A stretch of 56,756 nucleotides of DNA from Prorocentrum cordatum. Its lineage: Eukaryota. The DNA lies in the NCBI GenBank assembly GCA_963575745.1, contig CAUYUJ010000068.1:62001-118756 (forward strand), given 5' to 3'. The notes under the pieces are model-generated. The model was not told where the DNA came from. It worked only from the letters and a program-made list of their open reading frames with translations, and did no database searches. The position numbers and the translations under genes are program-made. Positions 12,712 to 26,189 of this stretch are shown in pieces; positions within the stretch are counted from its first letter, which is position 1; each line of letters opens with the position of its first letter.

Positions 12712-12873
12712 AGTCGGGCGTGTCCCCCTTCAGGGGGGAGTCTCGCCGAAGCATAGAAAAATACGGAAACAGCAGAATGCTCCAAAATGGTGAAAAGAAA
12801 TGTCCAAAACATGGTCCCCCGACCATGTCTGTACTATTTTTGAATTTCCCCCTGTAGGCGGACAGGCCCGACT
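12712..12873. mobile_element. MITE-like element family C, copy 1
   Basis: TIR AGTCGGGCGTGTCCCCCTTCAGGGGG / CCCCCTGTAGGCGGACAGGCCCGACT with an AT-rich core, followed by TAA. Confidence 0.7.
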
Positions 12874-12880
12874 TAACACC

Positions 12881-13048
12881 AGGGGCTCCCAGCTTCGCGC
12901 TTCGCGCTGCGCACTGCAGCGCGCAGGGCGAGCAGCTTCGCGCTCTCGCGCCGCCCCCCGGGGGAGAGAGAAGAGGAGGGCGAGGAGGAATCGGAGCGGA
13001 AGCGCGAAGCGCGCAGCGCGAATAGCTTCGTGTCCTCGAGGGCGCCCT
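12881..13048. mobile_element. MITE-like element family D, copy 1
   Basis: Homologous to 23904-24060; ends AGGGGCTCCC / GGGCGCCCT; internal TTCGCGC / GCGCGAA inverted motifs. Confidence 0.55.
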
Positions 13049-13135
13049 TGCACCACCCCCACTGCGGACCCCACGGGGCCTCGCGTCATGTCAGGATCGG
13101 CGGCGCGCGAGGGGGAGGAGGTGGGAGGGAGAGAA

Positions 13136-13264
13136 GGTCTTCTCAGAGGGCGGCGAGACCTCTCCGAAGCCCTCGGGCCTTCTGGGAGCTGTTCTGTGCC
13201 TTCGGGGAAGGCGTTAATCAACTTCTCAGAAGGCCGTGGGACTTCCGAGCCTTCTGAGAAGGCC
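13136..13264. mobile_element. MITE-like element family A, copy 2
   Basis: Homologous to 874-999. Confidence 0.55.
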
Positions 13265-13334
13265 CGCCAGTTCTCATTTTCCCCCCTCGCTCGCCGCCGA
13301 CAGGAGATCTGGCGTGGCTTTTGCCAGGTATGCG

Positions 13335-13737
13335 CTACGGCGCACGATGGGCCGCAGCGCGACACGGAGGGCCGTAGGTGGGGTGGCGTCGCTTGTTTTT
13401 TGGTCGAACCTCCTGGTCCCAATTGCACGTGGAGACCAAGGTCACTCCCTGTGAAGAGTTCCGGGTGAAATACTCCACGCTCGCCTGCCTCGCGAGATTG
13501 TTGTGCACGCCCTGCATGCCATCAATCTCGTACACGAGCGTCCTCGTTTCTGAGTCCGAAGCCACAGGAGTGCAGTGGCTGTCAAGCTTCGACATCGTGC
13601 CTTTTGGTGGCATGGGCCAGAACAAGACCTCGAGCTGATCGTTCAGGAGCTCGAGTGTCTGCGAGAATGTGCTCCACGAGCCGACCGCCAGGTACCTCGC
13701 GTTCATGAGGGCACAAGCGTCCTCTTCGATCAGCCCA
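13335..13737 (-). CDS. 3' exon of a GT11 / alpha-1,2-fucosyltransferase-like glycosyltransferase
   Basis: IEEDACALMNARYLAVGSWSTFSQTLELLN resembles the C-terminal D-x-x-L-M...STFS motif of GT11-type fucosyltransferases and continues the exon at 19430-20047 on the same strand. The exact acceptor is unresolved. Confidence 0.7.
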
Positions 13738-14181
13738 CCCGCGCTTGCCGGGGGTGAGAGGCGTGTGAGACGTCCCCATTCCCCTGATCCCACTCCCCAG
13801 GCGACAACATCTAGTTCAAGGGAGGGTGACGGGTGGAGCGAACTCGAAAACGCACCTCTGAGGCCCACATAGCCTCCAAATCCGTGGTCGGTCCTCCAAT
13901 ATGCTCTCGATGGCTCAGAAAGGGCTCCAACACGCTGGAGAGGCTTCAAAAGAACCGAGAGCGCGCGATCCCCCGTCGCCAGCCGAAGCAATTTCTAAAG
14001 GGGGGGAGGCCCAGGAACCGCAGGACCCCCCTTCGCCTGAAACAAATCCTAAGGCAGGGGTCAGAAACCAAGAGTCCCCTTCCGTCAACTCCCCCCACCC
14101 AATCCCCAAGAACCAGGAGGTCCAGAACTCCCCCACCCTACCCTGGGAAAACTGTCATGAACCCTGACGGGTCTCTAGAAC

Positions 14182-14385
14182 CTCCCAATAGGGAGTAACT
14201 ACGTATCTTTTCGGCGGCCTTATTGAAAGGCTGGGGTCCCACCAATAGGGGGTAACTACTTACTTTTCTTGCGGCCTTCTTGGTGGACCTGGGGTCCCAC
14301 CAATAGGGGATAACTTATTCTTTCCGCGGCCTTATTGAAAGACCTGGGGTCCAATCGATAATGGGGTAACTAATTATTCTTTCCG
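14182..14385. repeat. About 58-bp minisatellite, about 4 degenerate copies
   Basis: Recurrent CCAATAGGGGGTAACTA...GCGGCCTTATTGAAAG...CTGGGGTCC. Confidence 0.8.
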
Positions 14386-14629
14386 CGACACCCGCCGCGC
14401 AACAACGACGACGACAACGAGGAAGAGGAGGAAGAGGAGGAGGAGGAGGAGGAGGAGAAGGAGGGATGGAGAAGGAGGGAAAGGAGGTTTCAGGACCAGT
14501 CCTATTCACCCCCGAAACAAACACGGGGGAATCACAACTAACAATCTTTAGCGGTTAGGAGGGGTCCAGAACACCCGCCCTCCTCGGAACATTAATGGAC
14601 TCCCCCCCCTCGGCCGTGGCCGCTGGCAG

Positions 14630-15030
14630 ACGACGACGCCGACAACAACAACAACACCCACACCAGCAACAACGACAGCAACGACAACGACAACATCAAC
14701 AACAACAACAACAACAACAGCAACAACAACAACAACAACAACAACAACAGCAACCACAACAACAACAACAACACCAACAACAACAACACCAACAACAACA
14801 CCAACACCAACAACAACAACACCAACAACAACAACACCAACAACAACAGCAACAACAACAACAACGACACCAATCATTTTAAGACTGCTCGCCCCTATCT
14901 CCTCACGTGCCAATCAATACGTATGTCCCAAGCCCTCGGTACACGCCCTCGTTATCTTCGATCGTACACCCTTGGGAATATATCTTCCTTGCCTGCCACG
15001 AACATGTAGTGTGACCCCTAACACAGGGGA
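14630..15030 (-). repeat. Dispersed repeat ending in AAATGATTG plus a (TTG)n-like tail, copy 1
   Basis: 14870-14980 aligns with 15690-15800, and both abut a (CAA)n tract. Confidence 0.6.
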
Positions 15031-15649
15031 AGAGAGGACGGGAGGAAGAGGGAGGGAGAATAATGGAACACGAGAGGAACTAGCAGGAGGGGGGCAATGC
15101 GCAGAAACTAAAAGGTAGAACCAGATGGGCAGATCGGGTGGGCAGACCCATAGCGGGTAGGTCGGGAAGGTCGGCCCAGGCGACCAGGTCGAGCAGGCGG
15201 TTTGCTGAAGCGTGGGTCCTGCATGAATCGCGAGGAAGTCTCAAGTGATAACGCGATTCCCGAGTAAATCGTGAGAAAGCCCGGAAGTCAGAGCGTGATT
15301 CCAGAGCGCCGAAGGCATATCGTTTGAACCAGTTGCGAAGCAACAGAACAAGACAAACAATTGCGATTCGTACGTAAATTGAGGAAATCCCGAGCGAGAG
15401 CGCGATCTGATAATAACTTGTGAGGAATTATCAGGCGGGAGCCGTTGTTGCTGTTGTTGTTGCATTTCGGGACCCAACGACGCAATTTGAGGAGGAAGAC
15501 CTTCCATGATGAAAAACCGGGTGCGAACCCACGGAGGGACACTTCAATTGAACAAATCAAGTGAAACATGTATATATATATATAAAATACATATGATGTA
15601 GTTTACCTGTCGGGGGATCAACAATACTAATTCTGCAGAAATGAAAACT

Positions 15650-15850
15650 CAACAGCCACAGCAGCAACAACAGCAACACCACCAGCAACACCAATCATTT
15701 GTAAGACTGTTCGCTCATATGTGCTCGTGCCATTCAACAAGTATATCCCAAGCCCTCGATGCCCGCCCTCTTCGTTTTCGACCCTACCCCGTTGGGGGCA
15801 TGTCTTTCTTACCTGCAACGTGTATTTCATGCAGCCCTTGCGGCAGGGGA
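15650..15850 (-). repeat. Same dispersed repeat, copy 2
   Basis: CCAATCATTT...AAGACTG...TCCCAAGCCCTCG shared with copy 1. Confidence 0.6.
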
Positions 15851-15960
15851 AAAGAGGACGGACAGCAGAAAAGGACAAGGGCAATGGGGGAGGATGGAGC
15901 ACGAGAACGAGAGAGATAGAGAGAGAGTAGCAAGAGGGGAGCGGGGAGCAGAAAACACGG

Positions 15961-16960
<1,000 letters not shown>

Positions 16961-17089
16961 TAGCAATGCAATTAATAACACTATTCGTAGAAGAAGACGT
17001 AGTCGTGATAGTAACCTAATCGTACAAGTAATAATGCCACTCGTAATCGCATGTGTATTGACGGTAGTAGCACCGGCGCTGCGAGAAGT

Positions 17090-18370
17090 GTAACAGGAAT
17101 TGGACGCGGCGCGCATCGCGCGCGGACGCCTGGCCAACCGGGGTCCCGCGTCCTTCCTGTCAAAAAACATTGCAACATCGACGTTCTTCTTGCCATCATG
17201 TATTCTCTCCTCGTCGGCGCTGCGAATCGCGTGGCGGGAATGGGACGCCGCGCGAATTCCCAAGAGGCATTCTCGTTTTCCTGCTCAGTTTCGCCGTCCC
17301 TCCCTCTCTCCCTCTCCTCCTCCTCCTCCTCCTCCTCCTCTTCCTCCTCCTCCTCCATGCAGGAGCGAAACGATTGGCGGTGCAACGCGCTTGGCTGGAA
17401 TGAGACGCGGCGCATTTCGCGCGATGGCCATGTTGTCGTCGACGATGCAACGTGAAAGGCCGGGGCGGGGCGCGGCGTACATCGCGAGCGGTCTTGCTTC
17501 TCGTCGACGTTGCTCAATACGCGGCAAGAAAAAAAAGGACGTAGCTCATGTCGCGCGCTGAACGTCTAGCCGCCTGCGATATAAGATGAGCGACAGGCGT
17601 CGGACGCGACGCACTTGCTTCTTATGTTGTGCGAGGGCGGGTGGGAGTGGACGGGGCCCTCTGGCTCGTTCGAGCTGGCTAACTTGACCCCCGACCCACC
17701 CCCATCCCCACATCGTTACTTCCTATGATTCAACACCCCCACGTCACCACCTAGTCGGCCGATAGCAACTCCGCCGTCCTAACTGTCGAGTTGCGAAAAA
17801 TGTAGCAAAGACGGGACGGAATGACAATCGCTCGGGTAACTGGAAGCGGGTGGTCGCGTCCTACCCATGAAAAAATACAAAGTGTATGTTTTTCCTCGTC
17901 AACGCGGACTTTCTTGTCCTCGGCGCTGCACAAGCAGGAATGGGACGCGGCGCGCATCGCGCGCGGGCGCCTGGCCAACCCTACGCGGGACCCCCCGTCC
18001 TACCTGCCAAAAAGCATTGCAACGTTGACGTTAACATGTACTTTCTCCTCGTTGGCGCTGCGAATCGCGTAGTGGGAATGGGACGCGGCGCACATCGCGC
18101 GCGGGCGCCTTCTCGTCAACATGGTCTTTCTTGTCGTCGACGCTGCGGCCCGTTGGGTTGAGGAGCTGGGCGGGCGGCAAGTCAGAATGCCTCAAGCAAG
18201 TGCTGTTCGCCGCCGGCGCGCCCGATGTCGTGTCCCAACGTCTAGCCGCCCACGATATAAGATGAGCGACAGGCGTCGGACGCGACGCACTTGCATCTTA
18301 TGTTGTGCGAGGGCGGGTGGGAGTGGACGGAGCCCTCTGGCTCGTTCGAGCTGGCTAACTTGACCCCCCC
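17090..18370. repeat. Local tandem duplication of a composite repeat
   Basis: 17090-17255 matches 17935-18105, and 17561-17692 matches 18237-18368 (near-identical). Confidence 0.85.
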
Positions 18371-18419
18371 CATTCCCACCCCCCCCACGCAAACACACAC
18401 ACACATACGCACACCACAC

Positions 18420-18656
18420 ACTACACACCACACACCCAATACCCAACACCCAACACCCAACACCCAAGACCCAAGACCCAAGACCCAAGACCCAAGACCC
18501 AAGACCCAAGATTCAAGACCCAAGACTCAAGACCCAAGACCCAAGACCCGACACCCCACACCCCACACCCAACACCCCACACCCCACACTCAACACCCAA
18601 CACCAAACACCCAACACCCAACACCCAACAGCCAACACCCAACACTCAACACACAC

Positions 18657-18702
<46 letters not shown>

Positions 18703-19315
18703 AAACAACAACAACAACAACAACAACAACAGCACACTGCACAACACACAACACACGACACACACCACACACACCACACACCACACAACACACAACACAA
18801 AACACACATCACACACAACAACACAACAACACAACACACAACACAAAACACACATCACACACAACAACACAACAACACAACACACAACACACAACACACA
18901 ACACACAGCACACGACGCAGAGCAAACAAACACATATACACAAGCACACACAACCACAAACACACACACACCATTCAAACACACAAACACACAAGCGCAC
19001 ATAAACACACAACAACACACAAACATACATACACATACACACATACACATACACACATGCACACACATAACACACATGCACACATAACACACAAAGACAC
19101 AAACAACCACACACACAAACACACACAATCACAAAGACACACACACACAAAGACACACACACACAACACACACAACACACACACAACGCACACGCACGCT
19201 CACACACACACACACACACACGCACACACACACATACGTGCACACGTGCACACGCACACACATACACACGCACACCCACAAACACACACACACACACCCG
19301 CACACACAAATACAC
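18420..19315. repeat. Low-complexity tract: (CCCAAGA)n, (CCCAACA)n, (CAA)n, (CA)n
   Basis: Seen directly. Confidence 0.9.
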
Positions 19316-19429
19316 CTGCGGGAGGGTCTTCCCGTCTTGGAGCCGTCTGCGCCTCTTCCAGCGAGAACTGGAATGGGCGGGCGGTGAATACGAAGCGTCT
19401 CAAATGGTGTTATTTCTCAAATGAAGAGA

Positions 19430-20047
19430 AACGTTCATCGAAGCCAGTCGGCTTCTGAGCACCCCTATGCACGGATGCCAATGGTCTGGCTCCGTGATGA
19501 TGCGGACCTCTTCGAACCTGTGGTCCGCAACAACTTTGTCGAAGAAGCTGCAGGAGGCGTAGGCGGTCTGCGTGGCGCTCGAGGTCCTCCCTATCGTCCT
19601 CGCAGTGTCTCCACTGCGCAGGTGAACAGTGAGCCCGCCGAAGGGTCGGGCGCGCTCCTTCTGACACGCAGTGGCAATACTGCTGGTCAAATATGGCTTC
19701 AAATACTGCTTGACCGTCCGGTGAAGCAGCCGCTTGTTCACCGCCATGCACCGACCGAAGAAATAGTGCGCGGCGAGATGATTCCAATCGCATTTGAGCG
19801 TATTTCCGAGCGTGCGGTGATCGATGGTGATCTTCCCTGGGAGGTCGAATATCTGGATGTTGCTTCTGCCAGGCGGCAATATGAGATTCGAGTACCCCTC
19901 CTGCTGACAGAACAAGATCGCATTCACGATCTGAATGATGTTGTTGCCTAGGCGGCCATACCACGCCGAGATCGTCACGGAGTTGTCCGTGGCGTTCGTG
20001 GAATTGAGCGCGGGATAGCCATCGCTCCCCCGCAGGATCTCCCGGCC
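19430..20047 (-). CDS. Main exon of a GT11 / alpha-1,2-fucosyltransferase-like glycosyltransferase
   Basis: WYGRLGNNIIQ (compare GT11 GRLGNQMFQ) and LTVHLRSGD (compare the GDP-fucose-binding HxRxGD motif). A pyrimidine tract plus AG|G acceptor lies at 20048/20047. The donor position is uncertain. Confidence 0.8.
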
Positions 20048-20243
20048 CTTGGAAGGAGAGGAGGGTGGAGGTGCGGAAGAAGAGAAGGGGGATAAGGGAT
20101 GAGGGATGAGGAGGTGGTCGGGAGGAGGGGAAGGACGAAGAGGGGAGGAGCGGCAGGTCCTGCTCCCCGCTCGGATCTCTCGAGGCTGCCGCACGCACAC
20201 GCCGACGCCCGAGAGGCGCTCTTGCCGCCAGGGGCTCCCGGCC

Positions 20244-20306
20244 CTCGGAAGCTGACGCGCCGACGGCAGCGGGCGCACCCTCCTTGGGAGGGCACCGACT
20301 ATCCAC
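20244..20306 (-). CDS. Candidate upstream exon (stem region) of the GT11-like gene
   Basis: VDSRCPPKEGAPAAVGASASE joins in frame to GREILRG if the 196-nt segment 20243-20048, bounded by a repeated sequence, is removed. Confidence 0.4.
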
Positions 20307-21434
20307 CTACGGCAGGTTCGTGGCGCGGCGACCATCGGCGTTGGTTTCTGGCACCGCGCGGGTCGTTCACCCTCTTGGGCGTCGGTTCTTGGGGGGGGGG
20401 GGGGGGGCGATGCATGGGGGGGGACGCAAGGTGCGCTCCTCGGGCCCCAGAGGCCCCCCCCCCCCCTCTAGGCCCTCAAGGGCCCCCCCTTTTCTGCAGC
20501 CCTCGCTGCCTCCTCCGTCTATAACCCCCCTCCACCTGAGGAGGGCAGAAAATCCACACCCCAAAGCGAAGCCGTGTAGGAAACACACCCCAGGAGGGAA
20601 TCGACCAGGGCAGGGCTGTTTAGTAACCGCCCCGGGCCGCGCAGCAAACGCCGAGTGTCGGGGTCTGGTTGGTCCTTCCTCCCTTGACACCACGCGACGC
20701 CCAACCCTTGAACGATCACAGCTTTCCGGTAGCGCAGGCCGTCCGCTACCGACGAGCTCTGCGCCCCTGGCGGCGCTCCATCCCAAGACGCCCGCGCGCC
20801 GCGGCCCCCACCGCGCCGACGCGACGCGAGCCTGGCGCGCATACCGGCCCTGGCCAGGCCCATCCTGCCCCCATGGTCGGTGTGCAGGCAGCCACGTGGG
20901 CGATCTCGGGAACCCTGAACGCGTGTTCACCTCTTGGGGGCGCACCTTTTGCTTCCGCCACCTTCCGCCGCCGCTCCGCCGGCTTCCGCTGGCGGAGCCG
21001 CCCCCGCTGCACCTCCGCCGAGCTCCCGCCGCGGAGGAGGTGACAACTCCTTCGATCCTCGAAGGCGAGGCCCTTTTCGAGGCGCCCCATGCGTGTCGTG
21101 GCGACCGCGGCGCTGGCTCCCAGCACCGCGCGGTGCTCAAACCTGGCACGATCGGCGGTCTTCCGATCGCCCGAGGGCTCCGCCTCTGGGGGCCGCCGCC
21201 GGCGCTCTCCACCTCTCGCACGCCCGCGCGGCCGCCCCTGCCGACACGGCGCGAGAAGAAACCTGCCGTGGAGATGGGGGCCTTTCGGAAGTCTCTTGGA
21301 GCCTTTTTGTGGGGCGCCTCGGAGAGCTCCAGGACGGTTTGGGGGCTTTCTTTCTTGGGCCGTCGTGGGCGCGTGGGGCCGTCTCGGAAGCTTCCTGGGG
21401 CCGTCTCGGGCGTCTCTAGGGGGGGACTGGCAGG

Positions 21435-21586
21435 AAGGGGGGAAGCATCGACCTGGAGTCGGCGATACATCGCCGACAGGTCGGCGACAGGCCTACAAAT
21501 CGTGGATCCGCACCTTCCCGGGCAGGTTGGGGCCATCGGGCCCCTGTCGGCGATCAATCGGCGATTGGCGGTCGATGCATCCCCTT
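21435..21586. mobile_element. Small inverted-repeat element
   Basis: Ends AAGGGGGGAAGCATCGACC / GGTCGATGCATCCCCTT; internal ATCGCCGACAGG / CCTGTCGGCGAT. Confidence 0.5.
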
Positions 21587-21646
21587 GTGCCCATCCCCCC
21601 CTGTCGTTGCCCCTGAACCGATCCTGTGCCGTGGGCCCTGGACGTA

Positions 21647-23349
21647 AGTCGGGCGCGTCCCCCTATACAGGGGGGTTTTCGACGAAAAACAAAAAATACC
21701 CAAAATTATCCTGGCGAAGGACCCAACCATATGCAATTGTGAATACTGCAATTGTGAATATCTTCTCGGTGGAGCCCCCTACGGGGCCACGAAACGTACG
21801 AGGGGTGTGCCGAAATGGGTGTGCGGGACGCATGCGGGCACACCCACTGGGGCCTTCGGTGGAGCTCTCTATGGGGCCACGAAACGTGTGAGGGGTGTGC
21901 CGAAATGGGTGTGCGGGACGCATGCGGGCACACCCACTGGGACCTTCGGCGGAGCTCCCTATGGGGCCACGGAACGCGTGAGGGGCGTGCCGAAATGGGT
22001 GTGGCTGACGCATGCGGGCGCGGGCACTGGGGCCTTCGGCGGAGCTCCCTATGGGGCCACGAAACGTGTGAGGGGTGTGCCGAAATGGGTGTGGCTGACG
22101 CATGCGGGCGCGGGCACTGGGCCCTTCGGTGGAGCTCCCTATGGAGCCACGAAACGTGTGAGGGGTGTGCCGAAATGGGTGTGGGTGACGCATGCGGGCG
22201 CGGGCACTGGGGCCTTCGGTGGAGCTCCCTATGGGCCACGAAACGTGTGAGGGGTGTGCCGAAATGGGTGTGGGTGACGCATGCGTGGGGCGGTGGAGGG
22301 GTGTGGCGCGCATGACTATGGACGAACGTGTGAAATGGGTGTGGCTGACGCATACTGGGGCCTTCGGTGGAGCTGCCACGAAACGTGTGAGGGGTGTGCC
22401 GAAATGGGTGTGGGTGACGCATGCGGGCGCGGGCACTGGGGCCTTCGGTGGAGCTCCCTATGGAGCCACGAAACGTGTGAGGGGTGTGCCGAAATGGGTG
22501 TGGGTGACGCATGCGGGCGCGGGCACTGGGGCCTTCGGTGGAGCTCCCTATGGAGCCACGAAACGTGTGAGGGGTGTGCCGAAATGGGTGTGGGTGACGC
22601 ATGCGGGCGCGGGCACTGGGGCCTTCGGTGGAGCTCCCTATGGAGCCACGAAACGTGTGAGGGGTGTGCCGAAATGGGTGTGGGTGACGCATGCGGGCGC
22701 GGGCACTGGGGCCTTCGGTGGAGCTCCCTATGGAGCCACGAAACGTGTGAGGGGTGTGCCGAAATGGGTGTGGGTGACGCATGCGGGCGCGGGCACTGGG
22801 GCCTTCGGTGGAGCTCCCTATGGAGCCACGAAACGTGTGAGGGGTGTGCCGAAATGGGTGTGGGTGACGCATGCGGGCGCGGGCACTGGGGCCTTCGGTG
22901 GAGCTCCCTATGGAGCCACGAAACGTGTGAGGGGTGTGCCGAAATGGGTGTGGGTGACGCATGCGGGCGCGGGCACTGGGGCCTTCGGTGGAGCTCCCTA
23001 TGGAGCCACGAAGCGTGTGAGGGGTGTGCCGAATTGGGTGTGGGTGACGCATGCGGGCGCGGGTGCTGGGGCCTTCGGTGGAGCTCCTATGGGGCTACGA
23101 AGCGCTGTACTGGGTGGGTGAAACGCAGGGAAGAGGGGGAGGAGGGAGGGGGCAGCGGGAGGAGGGAACGCGGGGCACCGTCTCTTCAAAACGAGGACCC
23201 AACACCACAGGATGGCTGGGAAATAGCCAAAACATATTCCAAACATAATCTGGGGACTACTTTTTGAGTATTTTTGTTTGCCTTTTTGGGGTATGTTTGT
23301 GGTATCGTTTATTTTTCGTCGAAAATCCCCCTGTAGGACACGCCCGACA
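21647..23349. mobile_element. MITE family C, copy 2, interrupted by a 1.5-kb satellite-bearing insertion
   Basis: Left end AGTCGGGCGCGTCCCCCTATACAGGGGGGTTTTCGACGAAAAA and right end TTTTTCGTCGAAAATCCCCCTGTAGGACACGCCCGAC are inverted repeats matching family C. Confidence 0.65.
21765..23100. repeat. 90-bp tandem satellite, about 15 copies
   Basis: Exact 90-nt period (22375, 22465 ... 22915 identical), with diverged edge copies. Confidence 0.97.
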
Positions 23350-23903
23350 TGGCCCTGGACTGGAGTGGCCATGACGGGTGTATGCAGAGGCGTGGCCGCC
23401 ACCTTGCCTCGAGCACGCCGCGGCGCGGCCCAGGGGTTCGTGCGGGTGCCAAGGGTAAGGAAGCAGTAGCCCGACTCACCACACCTCCCAGAAGCCAGCA
23501 CACGCAGAGCAATGTGGGAGGGGCCCGTCGAAAACACTGCGTCGGCGGGCTGGCCAAGGAGCTCGGTGTATAGACGCCGCAGCTTCCCACCTGGTGGGGC
23601 GCCAGAGCGTCTAGGCCCCGAGCTCCTCGGCTCCCTTGCCCACCCAACAAGCAACGCGTATACGTCGAGCCCCTCCGAGGGCAACAACTTTGGCCTCAGA
23701 GGGTGCGCCGGGCCATGGGCCCAGGACATTGGTGGGCCGCGGAAACGGCAGGTCCGTTCTTTCACCATCTCCGAAAAAAAAGTGTCTCCTGAAAACGGAC
23801 ACGGCAAGAAAAAACGGCTGGAAACGTCAAGAAAAAAGCGGCACCAGCATTGGAACCGGAGCCGGAAGCGGCAAACCACGGCGACGGAGCCAGCAAAAAA
23901 CAA

Positions 23904-24060
23904 CAAGGGCTCCCAACGTCGCGCTTCGCGCTGCGCGAAGCGCGAAGTGCGAATAACTTCGCGCCCTCGCGCCGCCTCCCAGGGGAGAGGAGGAGGAGGA
24001 GGGGGAATTGGGGCCGAACCGCGAAGCGCGAACACCTTCGCGCCCTCGAGGGCGCCCTTG
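23904..24060. mobile_element. MITE-like element family D, copy 2
   Basis: CAAGGGCTCCC ... GGGCGCCCTTG; homologous to 12881-13048. Confidence 0.55.
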
Positions 24061-25029
24061 AAACAACGGCGTCGGAGCCGGCAACGCAACGACAAAACGG
24101 GACGAGCAGAACGACGGCCCCCTGTGGCTTCCGGGGCTCGCTGAGCCCGGGGCCCCTGCCTTGATCTCCAGACGCCCCCCCCCCCGGGGGAGCACCCGGA
24201 GCCAACGCCACCCCGCCGGGTGCTCCACGGGCCCGGGCCCGCGCGGCGGAGGAGCGCGGGGCGTGCGTCCTCCGCCGCCCCGCGCCACCCGCGCACCGGA
24301 GTGGGGCGCTCCTGCCGCCGATGACGATGACCGAGGACGAGGACCGAGGACGAGGACGATGACGAGGACGAGGACGATGGCGAGGACGATGACGATGGCG
24401 AGGACGAGGACGATGACCGATGACCGATGACGACGGGGCCAAGACGAAAGGCAGAGTGCGGGCGAATTCTCGGAGGACGACGAGGACGATGCCGATGGCG
24501 AGGGCGACGGGCGCTCCTGCCGCCTTCCCGGCACTGTCCTGCGCGCAGCAGCCGTGTGGCCAAGACGAGGGCAGAGTGCGGGAGGAGGAGGGGGAGGAGC
24601 AGGAGGGGGAGGAGGAGGAGGAGGAGGAGGAGGAGGAGGAGGAGGAGGAGGAGGAGGAGGAGGAGGAGGAGGAGGAGGATATTGAGGAGGAGGAGGAGGA
24701 GGAAGAGGAGGAGGAGGAGGAGGAGGATGAGGAGGGACGAGCTCGGAGGAGCGCCGGTCGGGCATCTCCGCAGAGCCGGCGGCTCCGGAGCACGCGCTGG
24801 GCGCCGCGGTCCGTGACCCCGAGCGCTCCAGGTCAACGCTCCGGAGCGCTCCGCAGCGCCTCCTCCTCCTCCTCCTCCTCCCTCCTCTTCTCCTCCTCCT
24901 CCTCCTCCTCCTCCTCCTCCTCCCCCTCCTCCATCCCCCTCCCCCTCCTCCTCTCCGCCTCCTCCTCCTCCTCCTCCTCCTCCTCCTCTCTGGAGCTGTT
25001 TGCATCCTCGTCCCAGGTCCGCCTGAGAA

Positions 25030-25205
25030 AAAGGGGCCCAGGGGCACACGAGCAAGTACGTGCACACATCCCAGGATTCCCCATCTTTTCCCGCACTTTC
25101 CGGGCTCTCGTCTTCTTTCCCCCACTTCCCCATATGTTGCCCATCTGTTCTCTTGGGAGTCGACGATTCATCGATTCATTGTCTGTGTGTTTTTCCCCCT
25201 CCTGG
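25030..25205 (+). repeat. Dispersed repeat family E (also about 37539-37700 and 50470-50612)
   Basis: Shared TCTT...CCCCCACTTCCCAT...GGGAATCGACG...TGTCTGTG blocks in three places. Confidence 0.7.
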
Positions 25206-26174
25206 CTGATAGCCCCCCCCTCCCGAGGTTGCCTGGAGGCCTTCGGGGAGGCCTCGGGGAGGGGGTCTCCGGCCTGAGGCTTCTTCGAGGCCAGCCGGGG
25301 ACCCCCTTGGAGGCCCCCCCCCCCAGGGGCAGGAAGGCGCCGTGGCGGGGCAGGCTCGAAGACGCTGGTTGTCCGCCGATTCCCCACTCCTGGAGTCCGG
25401 CGGCGGCGGAGATGAGGACGACGAAAGCCTTTGCGGCGGCCATTGCGGCTCTAAGCGCCCAGGACCATCAGAGTGTGCGACGGCTGGTATGGAACTGCTC
25501 GGTCTGCGGAACTGTGAAGATTCGGGGCCGCCGTGGCTGCGAGGGGTGAGTGGGCGGAGGACGGGGGGAGGGAAGAAAAACACGGGGGAGGGTGGAAGAC
25601 GGAAGAGGAGGAGGAGGAGGAGGAGGAGGAGGAGGAGGAGGAGGAGGAGGAAGAGGAGGAGGAGGAGGAGGAGGAGGAGGAGGAGGAGGAGGAGGAGGAA
25701 GATGAAGAGGAAGAGGCGGAGGGAGAAGGGTGAGACAGAAGGAGGGGGATGAGCAGGGGAGGACGAGGGAGGAGAAGGGAGATGATTCTGAGGAAGAGGA
25801 GGGAGGAATAGGTCGAGAAGGATGACGGTGATAGGCAGAAGGCGGAGGATGGCGGGAATGATAAGACTGCTACTACGAATGTTTATACTACTTATGTTTA
25901 TACTGATGCTATTACGAAGAATAATAAGAATACGAATAATAATAAACAGCATAATAATAAGATCGTACTTATCATACAAATAAGAAGAACGGCGCTACTC
26001 ATACTAATACTACGATTAATGATAATAAGAATAAGTACGGGGGAGGGTGGGAAGATGGAGGAGGAGGAGGAGGAGGAACGAAGGTCGAGGGAAAAGGGTG
26101 AGGCAGGAGGAGGAGGGGGATGAGCAGGGGAAAACGAGGGAGGAGAAGGGGGGGGATGAGGAGAAAGAGGATGA

Positions 26175-26189
26175 AGGGGGAGGTGAAGA
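26175..26189. repeat. Target-site duplication, left copy (AGGGGGAGGTGAAGA)
   Basis: Identical 15-mer at 33013-33027; directly adjacent to T6 (A-tail of the minus-strand element). Confidence 0.85.

Noticed and set aside
18440..18550. Interstitial telomere from 7-bp (CCCAAGA)n
   Set aside because: Differs from the dinoflagellate TTTAGGG repeat and grades into other simple repeats.
21765..23100. CRISPR array, satellite hammerhead ribozyme or repeat protein
   Set aside because: Units are identical head-to-tail with no unique spacers. There is no CUGANGA core on either strand. The ORFs in several frames simply reflect a stop-free 90-bp unit.
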